Below the pieces are notes generated by a model. It made no database searches. It was not told the origin of the DNA and worked only from the letters and a program-made list of their open reading frames with translations. From Macrostomum hystrix (lineage: Eukaryota; Animalia; Platyhelminthes): a stretch of DNA of 64,000 nt. Positions 28,784 to 39,299 of this stretch are shown here, in pieces. The first letter of the stretch is position 1, and every line of letters begins with the position of its first letter. The position numbers and the translations under genes are program-made. Location: positions 11,904,001 to 11,968,000 of the forward strand of contig CATNEN010000039.1 of NCBI GenBank assembly GCA_950097015.1. The letters are read 5' to 3'.

Positions 28784-30356
28784 GCGTCCACCTTGCTCGG
28801 GTCTGGCGCGATGCCCTGCTCGCTGACCCGGTGCCCCAGGTACAGCACCTGGCGGTGGCCGAAGACACTCTTCGCCCTGTGCAGCTTGAGCCCGGCCCCT
28901 CGAAGCCGCTGAAGGACCTGTGCTAGCCGCGCCAGATGCTCGTTGAAGGTTCTGCTGAAGACGATGATGTCGTCGATGTAGGTCAGCACCACCTCCCAGG
29001 ATAAGCCGGACATGACGAGCTCCATAAGGCGCTGAAATGTCGCTGGGGCGTTACGCATCCCGAAGCCCATCTTGCGGAACTGCATCAGGCCGCGGTGGAG
29101 TAGAAGGCAGTCTTTGGCCGGTCTTCCTCTGCCACCTCCACCTGGTGATAACCCTGCCGGCAATCGATGGTGGAGAACCAGGAACAGCCGACCAGTGCGT
29201 CCATGGCTTGCTGCAGATGCGGCAGCGGGTAGGCGTCCTTGACTGTGCAGGCGTTCAGCTGTCGCCAGTCGGTGCAGAGCCTGATGTCGCCGTTCTTCTT
29301 GCGCACCACCAGGAGGTTGCTGGCCCAAGGAGACATGGACGGCTCGATGATGCCGCTGTCCAGCATCTGGCCGATCTTCTTGTCTACCTGGTCCCGCACG
29401 GACAGAGGCAGACATCGCTGAACCTGCCTGTGCGGCCGCGTTCCGGGCTCCAGATCTATCCTGTGCTGCAGCAGCTCCGTCGTGCCCAGGTCGTACTCGT
29501 GCCTTGCGAAAAGGTCCTCGTTTTGCTCCAGCAGCTGGCGCAGCTTCTCCGCATCCGCCTCGGACAGCTCCGGGTTGATGTTCCAGCCGAGGGGGTCCTT
29601 CTGGAGATAGTCGCTCCTCCCCCCGGCCATCGCACCCTCGAACGTCCCGACGGCTTTATTGGCGTACAGCAGCACGGGCTCCTCGGCCAGGTTGCACATC
29701 TTGACGGGGATTCGGCCGTCGTCCGAGATAGTCAGCACGCGCGCCGAAAGCACCGCCGTGGCTGCTACGAAGTCCTCGCAGGGCTCGAACACCCCCTGCT
29801 CTCGGCTGGAGTCCACCCGGAGCCATACGACCTTCTCGCTCCGCGCCGGCAGCTCCGTGTTGACCGCCACGCGCGCCACCAGAACGCTTGGCACCAGGCG
29901 GCAACTGGCCCGCGGCTGCTCGCTGCTGAAAGCCACCGTATCGCTGTCGAACCGGACGACGCCTTCCTTCATGTCGATGGTCACCGTCTGCGACACCCGG
30001 CCGATGAAGTCCATGCCGAGAATCAGTCTAGGCTGGATGCCGTCCACCACGGTAAAACTGTGCCGCTCTCGAATCGCGCTGCCGATCGCAACCTCCGCCG
30101 TCGTCAGGCCAAGGCAGCGCAGCCGCGAGCCGTCGACAGAGGTCGGCATGACGCTGATGTCGCTGCAGTCGAGCCGGCAGTCAAGCTTGTCGTACAGCAA
30201 CTTGTCCATCAGGGAAATCTGCGCGCCCGTGTCCAGCAGGGCGGGCGAGCTGTGCCTGCCGAAACGCACTGGCACAAAGATGGACGACGCTGATCTGTGG
30301 GCCCCTTGAGAGGGGGTCGGCGCTGGCCCCAGGCTGCCGACCCTCAGCAGTTTCCC
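28784..30356 (-). pseudogene. pol: Gypsy pol (protease + reverse transcriptase, frameshifted, truncated)
   Basis: LLDTGAQISL, ILGMDF, RLCTDWRQLN, KTAF / GLMQFRKMGFGMRNAPATFQRLM, YIDDIIVFS, LYLGH. Confidence 0.9.
30299..30356 (-). promoter_or_regulatory. -1 programmed ribosomal frameshift signal (G GGA AAC + pseudoknot)
   Basis: Slippery heptamer 30356-30350, 6-nt spacer, 8-bp stem GGGTCGGC/GCCGACCC, and loop GGGCC complementary to downstream GGCCC. A -1 shift joins gag to the pol frame. Confidence 0.75.
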
Positions 30357-31137
30357 TGCGGCTGTGCAGCTGGTGTCGGGCAGACCGCCGCCGTGTGCCC
30401 CTTGCCTGAGCACCTGCTGCAGCGGGCTCCTGCCGCTCTCGGGCACTGCCTCGCGATGTGGCCAACTTCCCCGCAGCTGAAGCACATGATGACCTTTGAC
30501 GGCTTTCCTTGCCTGCGGCTCCCGTTCGCACACCTGCAGCCAGCTGCTGAACCTGCTGCTCCAGACGGCTGATCCGACTGTCCTCCGCCGTCACGGCTGC
30601 TGACGTCGCTGATGACTGGCGACTCACCAACTCAATGCGGGCCGCCCGGTCAATCAGGACTGTCAACGGACAGGAGTCCGCGTCCTGGTCTTTGAGCAGC
30701 GTATCTCTTACAGCTGCTGGGAGGAGGCGCATCAAGCGGAACTTCACGTCCTTCTCCCTGGCGTCCACAGAGTCGTCTGGCCGAGCCCGGAGGTGCAGCA
30801 GCTTGAGGTTGTACGCCAGCTCTCTCAAAGACTCATTTGGCCTACGTTTGCGTTCCTCAAACTCCTCCATCGCCCGGTAGCTGCTCAGGCTGTCGCCGAA
30901 GTGCCCGATGAGCTCCACCTTAAGCTGCTCGTAGCTCACTTTCTTTTCGTCTGGAAGTTCCCACACAAAGATCTGTGCCTCTCCAGACAGCAGCAGCTTC
31001 AACTTCTTCGCCTTCTTCTTATCGTCCCAGTCGCTGTCATCGGCGAAGTCTTCAAACATGCTTAGCCACATTCTGGCATTGGAGTCACTGCCGGTGCTGC
31101 TGAACTTCTGCGGCAGTAAAGATTCTTGCTTAGTCAT
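30344..31137 (-). pseudogene. gag: Gypsy gag (frameshifted)
   Basis: MTKQESLLPQKFSS...ARMWLSMFEDFADDSDWDDKKK...LLLSGEA is capsid-like. The zinc knuckles are in a shifted frame ending QGNC* at 30344. Confidence 0.85.
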
Positions 31138-31143
31138 GCTGAG

Positions 31144-31156
31144 ACCGCTGCCACCA
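31144..31156 (-). promoter_or_regulatory. Primer-binding site complementary to tRNA-Leu 3' end
   Basis: TGGTGGCAGCGGT 1 nt after the LTR-terminal CA; complement of ...ACCGCTGCCACCA. Confidence 0.75.
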
Positions 31157-31267
31157 GTGTAAGACGCTGGTTTGTCAGGTAGCATGCACACAAAACGCGA
31201 AGAGCCATACCGGCTCGCTAGCACTATTATATTTGGCCAGAAACACTGGGGTGGGCGTACCCACCCC

Positions 31268-31370
31268 CCAACAAGCCCCCAAGCGTTCCCACCTAAAACG
31301 AATGTTGCCTCGCCGTGGAATCGAGCTCAGGGACCTTGGTGCCTGTGTTAGACAGCTCTGCCACCGACCC
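31268..31370 (-). mobile_element. SINE 5' fragment abutting the Gypsy LTR
   Basis: Reverse complement of GGGTCGGTGGCAGAGCTGTCTAAC...GAGCTCGATTCCACGGCGAGG. Confidence 0.75.
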
Positions 31371-32689
31371 CTCATTAACTTTCTTACCATTTTTTCCCAA
31401 CTTCCGACAGCAAGAGGCTAAACTAGGCCGAACACAGCACTATGCTCACCTTGAATACCACCTGGCTTGTATCAGTCTCATAGCACACGTCCTCTTGAAT
31501 AACTCTGTTCATGTGGTCCATTCCAGAAATTGTAAAGCCATCGACATCGGTGGTATCTGTGAAGTATACTTGATTGATAACTGCCACCTGCGTGCTAGTC
31601 ATGTTGTGGGTGAACTTCTGCTGCAGAAACTGGTGGCACATGCCCAGCTGCGGATGTGCGACATTCACTAAGTGCTCAGCGGTGCACTTTTGTTTGGCGA
31701 AGCTGCATTCTGCGAGGCCGACGTTTATGTCGCTGCCGAACTGTCTGGCCAGCAGGTGGTTGCCGACTGAGTCTCGGATGGTGCCTAATACGCTTCTGTA
31801 TTCCATATCTGCCGACTGTTTTTTGGTTGCAATTATGCATTGACCTGCTACTAGCAGTAGTGCATTCGGATAATGTGAACTAGCAAGGTGAACTGTTAAA
31901 GAATCGAGAATCGAATCCCCAACATTCAAGTCTTGAGTCCGACGCTACAAACCCCTTCTTGCCCTCCTCAGCAATTGCAACCTTCAGAACTCACAGCACA
32001 GAGGAATTTCGTACTCTTCAAAAGCCAGTGCGAATGTCAACGCCTGCTTCTGCTCCATGCGTTCAATAAGGTTCAAGGCCTCCTCTGGGAAACACAGCAG
32101 AATGTTCACCTCGGTGAAACCGATTAGTTATTCTCTATGAGAACCATAAGAATCTGACCAGTTTACTTACTCAAACTGCTGCGACTTGTCTTTGGCAACA
32201 TCGAGCACAATAGTGACGGGCCGGCAGTAGTTATTGACGCCACTCTCGATACCATCTGGTGTTTTAATGTGCATTCTGAGCTGTCTTCCAGCACCTATAG
32301 TGTGTGAAAGTTTCTTTCTTGTTATATTTTGTCATGCAATGTAACAAATATCAGCTTTTTATTTTAAGTTTTTTAAAGAATTTCGAGTATATCACTGGTC
32401 GGAATTTACGTAGGCAGAACATGCCATTTTTAGCATACTGGGAAACCCTTTCACGTGACAAATTTCAGCCAATAGAAAAACGCAACGAGCGTCAATACCA
32501 AATATGGCAATGAGCGCTTAATTCCCACACTCTCCAATGCTTAACAGTAGAAAAACTCGGAGGTATTTCAAATACCCAGACTTTTTTCTGTATCTACAAA
32601 AATATTCAACAAATCGACAGGGAAATCCATGAAATGGACTAAACTTTTCCGCTCTATCCGATGAAAAATCACAAAACATCGAGATATGC

Positions 32690-34220
32690 CCGCGGGCCAG
32701 ATGCGGCCCCCAAAGCTCCCAAATCCGGCGCGTTGCCCCTTCCGACACCTATAGTATACTGTTTCATCTTTCCTCTGTCTTATCTCTCCCGTGTGTCACC
32801 TCTTCCGTGTCTTATCTCTCCATTGTCTCGTCTCTCCCGTGCCGTATCTTTCCTTTGTCTCATCTCTCCAGTGTCTTATCTCTCCCGTGTCTCGTCTCTC
32901 CAGTGTCTCATCTCTCCCGTGTCTCGTCTCTCCATTGTCTCATCTCTCCCATGTCTCATCTCTCCCGTGTCTCGTCTCGCCAGTGTCTCATCTCTCCCGT
33001 GTCTCGTCTCTCCATTGTCTCATCTCTCCCGTGTCTCATCTCTCCCGTGTCTCATCTCTCCCGTGTCTCATCTCTCCCGTGTCTCGTCTCTCCAGTGTCT
33101 CATCTCTCCCGTGTCTCGTCTCTCCCGTGTCTCATCTCTCCCGCGTCTCGTCTCCTGTATCTCATCTCTCCCGTGTCTCGTCTCCTGTATCTCATCTCTC
33201 CCGTGTCTCATCTCTCCCGTGCCTCATCTCTCCCGTGTGTCATCTCTCCCGTGTGTCACCTCTTCAGTGTCTTATCTCTCCATTGTCTCATCTCTGCCGT
33301 GTCTTATCTCTCCATTGTCTCGTCTCTACCGTGCCGTATCTTTCCTTTGTCTCATCTCTCCAGTGTCTTATCTCTCCCGTGTCTCGTCTCTCCAGTGTCT
33401 CATCTCTCCCGTGTCTCGTCTCTCCCGTGTCTCATCTCTCCCGCGTCTCGTCTCCTGTATCTCATCTCTCCCGTGTCTCGTCTCCTGTATCTCATCTCTC
33501 CCGTGTCTCATCTCTCCCGTGCCTCATCTCTCCCGTGTGTCATCTCTCCCGTGTGTCACCTCTTCAGTGTCTTATCTCTCCATTGTCTCATCTCTGCCGT
33601 GTCTTATCTCTCCATTGTCTCGTCTCTCCCGTGCCGTATCTTTCCTTTGTCTCATCTCTCCAGTGTCTTATCTCTCCCGTGTCTTATCTCTCCCGTGTGT
33701 CATCTCTCCCGCGTCTCGTCTCCTGTATCTCATCTCTCCCGTGTCTCGTCTCCTGTATCTCATCTCTCCCGTGTCTCATCTCTCCCGTGCCTCATCTCTC
33801 CCGTGTGTCATCTCTCCCGTGTGTCACCTCTTCAGTGTCTTATCTCTCCATTGTCTCATCTCTGCCGTGTCTTATCTCTCCATTGTCTCGTCTCTCCCGT
33901 GCCGTATCTTTCCTTTGTCTCATCTCTCCAGTGTCTTATCTCTCCCGTGTCTCTATCTCTCCCGTGTGTCATCTCTCCCGTGTCTCGTCTCCTGTGTCTC
34001 GTATCTCCTGTGTCTCATCTCTCCCGTGTCTCATCTCTCCCGTGTCTCATCTCTCCCCTGTCTGATCTCCCCGCCATCTCTTCTCTGTTTCATCTCTCCT
34101 GTGTCTTATCTCTCCCCTATCTCTGATATATTTCTCTAATATTTCTACAGTCAATGCGGCCCGCTGTCGTCTTTTAGGCTCTCTTTTTGGCCCGCTAGCT
34201 AATAAGTTTGCCGACCCCTG
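32690..34220 (-). mobile_element. Second copy of the hAT MITE with greatly expanded internal satellite; one end lost
   Basis: TIR CAGGGGTCGGCAAAC at 34220-34206. Flanks of the satellite match the 42978-43396 copy. Satellite spans about 32765-34120. Confidence 0.8.
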
Positions 34221-34556
34221 AATTAGACTGTTCTTAGCCAGTGCTTTTGCGTACCACTGCTGTTCATGACGCTCTGGTGAACAGTCTGCAATCGACTCCA
34301 TGGCAGACATTGTCTGCCAGGGTTCGCTTCACTTTTCCAACCCGTGTAGCTAGATTTGCTCTGCAGCCCTGTTAACTCGCCTCTTGCGCTCACAATCCAA
34401 TCGTAGTCTTCAGATGAGGCTGGGAATTAATGACTGACGGATTGAAGTTCGCAGTAAATTAGCAGCTCCATTAGCGAAAAGAATTAATTAAAAGCCCGCT
34501 TAAAAAAAGTATTTCCTAATTATGCAAATAATATAACCCAAGGATACTGGGGTGCG

Positions 34557-34790
34557 GGGTGAGTGGAAGAGTGGTTAACGCGTCGGCCTCTAGCGCCAAG
34601 GTCTCTGAGGTCGACTCCGCAGCGACGCCACATTCATGTGAGGCGAAGCCGCGGAGAGAAGGCTCGGCGTCCTGCTGTGCGGCTTACATCCTTGAGGCCC
34701 AGTCCAAATCACAGCTATATTTGTGTAACATTGCCTGACAATGAAAAAGTCAGACCAGGTGGTACACCCCTGTGTGACGTGTGTTGGTTT
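34557..34790 (+). mobile_element. Older diverged SINE copy
   Basis: GGGTGAGTGGAAGAGTGGTTAACGCG...GCCGCGGAGAGAAGGC...GAAAAAGTCAG, collinear with the family. Confidence 0.7.
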
Positions 34791-35026
34791 GTAAGGGTGG
34801 CATGGGGTATGAGTATAGTTCTTCTAATTCTGCAAAATATATAACTCTTACTTGCAGATTTTGTTTATTTTAATCATTTTAAATCATCCCCACCGCCTTT
34901 TTTCCGCGGCTGCGGCTCAAATGAATGTGGCAACGCTGCGAAATCGAGCTCGGGTACTTTAGTGCCGGAGGGACGTTACCGCTACGCTAAAAACACATTT
35001 AACAGGCCCTGTCTAACAGGTCAGAA

Positions 35027-35394
35027 GGGGGGGTGAGTGGCAGAGCGGTTAACGCGTTTGCCTCTCGCACCACAGTCCCTAAGTTCGATTCCACGGCGAG
35101 GCCACATTTATTTGGGGCGCAGCCGCGGAGAGAAGGCTTGGGGGCTTGTCGTGCAATTTACGCCCTTGAGGGCCAACCTCCAAGGCACAGTTCGAGTGTA
35201 CACTGCCTGACGATGAGAAAGTCAGGGCAGATGTACACACCTGTGTGAGCGTATGCCTGCGTACAGTATCTGTGTGCGTGTGTGCTCAGGAGTCAGCGAA
35301 ATGGGCAGAATTGCCTCCTCGCTGGCTGCGGGTCTAGTGTCACCAAATGATGTGCCATTGCCCGCAGCCCTCCTGCAATTATTATTATTATTAT
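35027..35394 (+). mobile_element. Full-length tRNA-derived SINE
   Basis: A-box TGGCAGAGCGG, B-box GTTCGATTCC, (ATT)n tail and a 13-bp TSD TAACAGGTCAGAA (35014-35026 / 35395-35407). Confidence 0.9.
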
Positions 35395-36381
35395 TAACAG
35401 GTCAGAAAACAAGCTAACAGCAAATAAATGGTAGTCAAAGGTAGACATAGAAAATACAGATAATTGACATAAATCGATCAGGTAAATTTATATTAGTTTT
35501 TAAGTTATTTTTTACAACAAAATTTTAATTCGTCAGGAATCGCAAGTAGAAAAATTTGCAGGAAAAGAGCTTTCGTTTTAAAACTGGTATCTTGTTGTTG
35601 TTATGCTGTTAACAATCTTACATATAAAAAAGGTTTTTGGGGTCTCACTGCGGATTAGAGCTCAGGGACGGTCAAGGAATTAAAAAATCCTCAATTAAAC
35701 ACTTAATTCAAACAAACGACATTAAATTATTCATTGAGAATTACACATTAACATGAAATTGTTTATTTAAACATCTATTATTTTATAGAGGACAAGTCTG
35801 AATAAAACAGAAATTATGGTTTAATGACTGAATCAATTAATTCTCGATAAAACAATGTCAATGAGTGCACAGTGCATCCTACAGCAACACTGCTCAAAAC
35901 AAATTAGCCTTAATTGTGTGCATTTTTTCAGAAACATGTAACAAAAATGGAGTGCAAGGTTGTTTAAACAAAAATTTAAGAATGTTTGTAAGCCGTTCAA
36001 ATTAGTTTAACGCTGCTTTCATATTTTAAATTGGTGCCTCTTTTTATATTTAAAGTTTAAGTTAAACAAATTTAAACGATCTCTCTTTGTTATAATGACG
36101 TAAAAAGTTTATTACTATTTTTTCTTATATAAATATTAATATTTAATGAAACACGAATTAAAAAACTGTTTACATCATGATAAATAACATGAAATATTTT
36201 ATAAATTTGTTTAGCATTTCTACTTTATTTAAATCATTACTCTTCTGAACTAAATTGCTATCTAAATTTCGGTTTTGAGATTTATTTACTTTTTAAATAA
36301 CTGAAAGTTTTATTGATAATAATAATTTCAAACAAACAATCAAATACGAAAAAGTATTTTTAATTCCTTGCCTGTTTGCTA

Positions 36382-38851
36382 TCAATTGTGGAACTCCTCC
36401 GGAGAAGCTGGCGCACTGGGCCGCTGGGCGCTGGACCCCGCCTCACTATCGGGCAGACGCACTCGCTTGCGGGTCTTGCAGCGCCGGTTCTGGAACCAGA
36501 CCTGCACCACGCGGTACGGCAGGCCGACTGACTCAGCCAGCTGAAGCTTCGCTGAAGCGTCCGGTCGGGGCTGGCTGGCGAAGCTGCTGTGAAGCATCAA
36601 CAGCTGGTGCTGAGTCAGGATTGTGCGCGGCCGGACTACACGGTTCCTGTCAGCTCGCCGGCTTGGACCTGGCTGAATGTGATCGTCATGGCGACTGTTG
36701 CTAGGATGCCGGCGTTTGTTGGTCGCGGCCAGATTGTTTTTGGCCACTTCGTTCTGGTCACGGAGTTCCTCGGTGCCTGAGCTTGTGTTGCTACCTTCTT
36801 GACCAGCGACGCTCTCGTTGTAAAGATAGGACTCGTTGCTAGCACTTGGGCTGCCATAGAAACCATCGTTGTTTGCTCTCTGGTTGCCATGGAAACATTC
36901 ACCGCTGGCTCTCTGGTTGCCATGGAAACATTCACCGCTGGCTCTCTGGTTGCCATGAAAACATTCACCGCTGGCTCTCTGGTTGCCATGAAAACATTCA
37001 CCGCTGGCTCTCTGGTTGCCGTAGAAACCTTCGCGATCTAGATAGTCGCCATGGAAACGATCGTTGCCGACTCCCACGTTGCCATGGCAGCCAGCACCTG
37101 CATTGAGATGTGTCAATCGTGCATAATCAGACTTTAGTTTAATAAGGCGGCAGAGGCAGAGGTCCTCACCCTGAAGGTGATCGCTGATGAAGCTGGCGTC
37201 CATTGTTGTGGTTCCAAGAAATGAGGATACAGCCTCGGATCCGGAACGAGTCTGCGGTACCACAGCCAGAAAGTGGCCCAGGCACAATGGGCCTCTGTCT
37301 TCGGCCATTCCGAACGCTTGGCCAGTCCGGAGCTGCTGGTCGCAGATGCGGCAGCGAAGGCAGCCGACGTGGAACATGAGCTCGCGAGCCCGGACCACCA
37401 TGTCTGTCCTGCCAATGGCGCCACCGCAGCCAAGGCAGCTGGGAGTGAAGAGGCTGTGTTGGGGTTGGTTGCGGCCAAATTATTGAAGACGTTTCAGTAG
37501 CTAGAAGCAAAATCTTAGTTCTAATTAAAAGAGTCGAAGCAGTCTAATTTAATTTAATTAATTTAATTAATTTATAATCTAAATCTAATCTAATATACTT
37601 ATAATTTACCTACTTATTGGTAAATGGATGAGGGATTGATTTTCAGTAGAGATAATCCCCAACTTAGGAGGGATCCAGATGGGTCACTTTGGCCGCAATG
37701 AACTCACCTTCGACAAGTCGGGCTGCAAAAGTTTTTACCGTCCCAGACGAAGCTGACGGCCGAGTCGGCGAGTCCCCGCCCGCAGGCCCGGCAGCGAAGG
37801 CAGCGGCTGTGCCAGGTCTGGCGCGAGTTCACCTGCAGAATGATTTTCTCATCAATTAATAAGCCGCAGCCTGAGCACAGCGGCTGCAGTTGCTCCGCTT
37901 CACTTTCTGGCTGTGATTGAGTTGCCTCTGTGTGGGACTGCATTTGACTATTTATTGAAGGCTGCGGCTGAGCAGTCCACGGAAGCTGCTGAGCACTCGA
38001 TGGAAGCTGCTGAGCACTCGATGAAAGCTGCTGAGCACTACACGGAAGCTGCTGAGCACTCCACGTAAGCTGCGACTGAGCACTCCAAAGAAGCTGCTGA
38101 GCACTCGATGGAAGTTGCTGAGCAGTGGATGAAAGCTGCTGAGCACTCGATGAAAGCTGCTGAGCACTACACGGAAGCTGCTGAGCACTCGACGGAAGCT
38201 GCGACTGAGCACTCCAAAGAAGCTGCTGAGCACTCGATGGAAGCTGCTGGGCACTCGATGGAAGCAGCTGCTGCTGTTCTCGCGAAAGATTATGCTCATC
38301 ATCGGTTTCCGATCGCTGCAGATCGGGATCACAAGTGGGCAACTCAGCTTCTTGATGAGGCTTGGTGGCTGCCTGCTGAGTAGGTTCAGCTGGGTCATAA
38401 GAGCCCTGATCGCGCCAGGTGTCTAGGAAAGTTTAACAGGCGAATTACTGGATAGCCTTTTAATAGATAATCAATATCCCTCAGCGGATTATTGACAGCG
38501 TCCGGTGTATCAGCACAAGAATGCAGTGGATTAGCAGTAGCCTCCAATGGATTAGCAATAGCCTACAGTGGATTGGAAATAGACTCCAGTGGATTAGCAA
38601 TAGCCTACAGTGAATTAGCAATAGACTCCATTGGATTAGCAATAGTCTATAGCAAATTAGCAATAACCTCCAGTGGATTAGCATTAGCCTACAGCGGATT
38701 AGCAATAGGCTCCAGTGGATTAACAATAGCCTACAGCGGATTAGCAATAGCCTACAGCGGATTAGCAGTTATTCTTGGTGAATCAGCAGCGCAGGTGACA
38801 ATAAAAGTTTTTACCTTTATTTGACTGGTCGTCACTCGTTGTGGTTTCCAT
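36382..38851 (-). CDS. LIM-homeodomain transcription factor (divergent, Islet/Lmx-like)
   Basis: Exons 38851-38815 (METTTSDDQSNK), 38422-37708 (LIM1 CSGC...WHSRCLRCRAC...FC) and 37453-36382 (LIM2 CLGC...FHVGCLRCRIC...LCLGH; homeodomain RPRTILT...PRPDA...VVQVWFQNRRCK). Phases are consistent. Possible in-frame 72-nt intron at 37169-37098. Confidence 0.9.
38505..38768. repeat. 21-bp minisatellite (LIM-HD intron 1); related array at 39860-40055
   Basis: (TGGATTAGCAATAGCCTMCAG)n. Confidence 0.9.
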
Positions 38852-39299
38852 ATTGTCAATAATGAGTTGATGATCCGACTACAAATTTTCCAGCAGTCAA
38901 AATCTATTTGAAAACATTAAAATTAACATTGCGTTTTGTAAAGATTAGTGAATAAATTCTCCGGATAAAAAAGGGCTCCCTGTCTATCGATCGAAAACAC
39001 CGCGTTGAACGCCATTGGCCACTGGGTCGCAGCCAATCAAGTCGCGCCTATGGAACGATTAATTTACTCCCAAACTGATAATTAAAGGGTTTCTCAACTT
39101 CCAAATGGCAGTTCAGGGAGACTTGGCTGCTGAATAATTTGCAGGTGTTTTATTTAATAATCCCAAAGCGAGCAAGAAAGCCCAATGGGATGAAGCTGCT
39201 CAATCAGGGCGGGATTAAAGTATGATTTGAGCACGTTTTTAGGTTAGATTTGAGCAGCTTATAAAGTCCAGTTTGAGCAGTTTTAAGCAGAGTTTGAGC

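Larger units (their letters stand above)
28784..31250 (-). mobile_element. Ty3/Gypsy LTR retrotransposon, 3'-truncated (gag-PR-RT; no RNase H/integrase)
   Basis: LTR end ...TTACA at 31158 and PBS TGGTGGCAGCGGT at 31156-31144. gag starts at ATG 31137 and has two CCHC knuckles (CFSCGEVGHIARQC, CSRCSGKGHTAAVC). Protease LLDTGA; RT SPWASNLLVVRKK...DAYPLP...YIDD. Frameshifts near 30500-30540 and 29095. Ends abruptly against the 14-bp satellite. Confidence 0.93.
26750..34310 (-). pseudogene. Disrupted DEG/ENaC-family (FaNaC-like) sodium channel gene
   Basis: Terminal exon 26893-26750 encodes TM2 GTLGLWTGISVLTIC/LLELFYF with a frameshift near 26849. Exon 31892-31450 encodes RQFGSDINVGLAECSFAKQKC...HPQLGMCHQF, matching the palm-domain CSF..C...HP.YGNCYTF pattern. 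Upstream exons 32294-32171 and 32084-31995 join in phase. Degenerate pieces lie at about 27200-27500 and a possible N-terminus at 34310-34221. TM1 and thumb exons were not found. Interrupted by Gypsy, SINEs, a hAT MITE and satellites. Confidence 0.75.

Noticed and set aside
27526-28926. 428-466-aa ORFs (MLHQGCYIRDATSG)n
   Set aside because: All three frames are open because they translate a stop-free 14-bp satellite.
29037-30293. 418-aa plus-strand ORF
   Set aside because: Antisense shadow of the GC-rich Gypsy pol.
31423-31929. LINE endonuclease reading of this ORF (LLVAG.., FTDTTD)
   Set aside because: No GDFN or SDH catalytic motifs; splice sites and the CSF..C..HP..G.C..F pattern fit DEG/ENaC better.
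32661-34139. 424-492-aa ORFs
   Set aside because: Satellite inside a hAT MITE; no transposase motifs.
35031-35100. tRNA gene
   Set aside because: A and B boxes are present, but the sequence continues into a dispersed body with a tail and TSD, so it is a SINE head.
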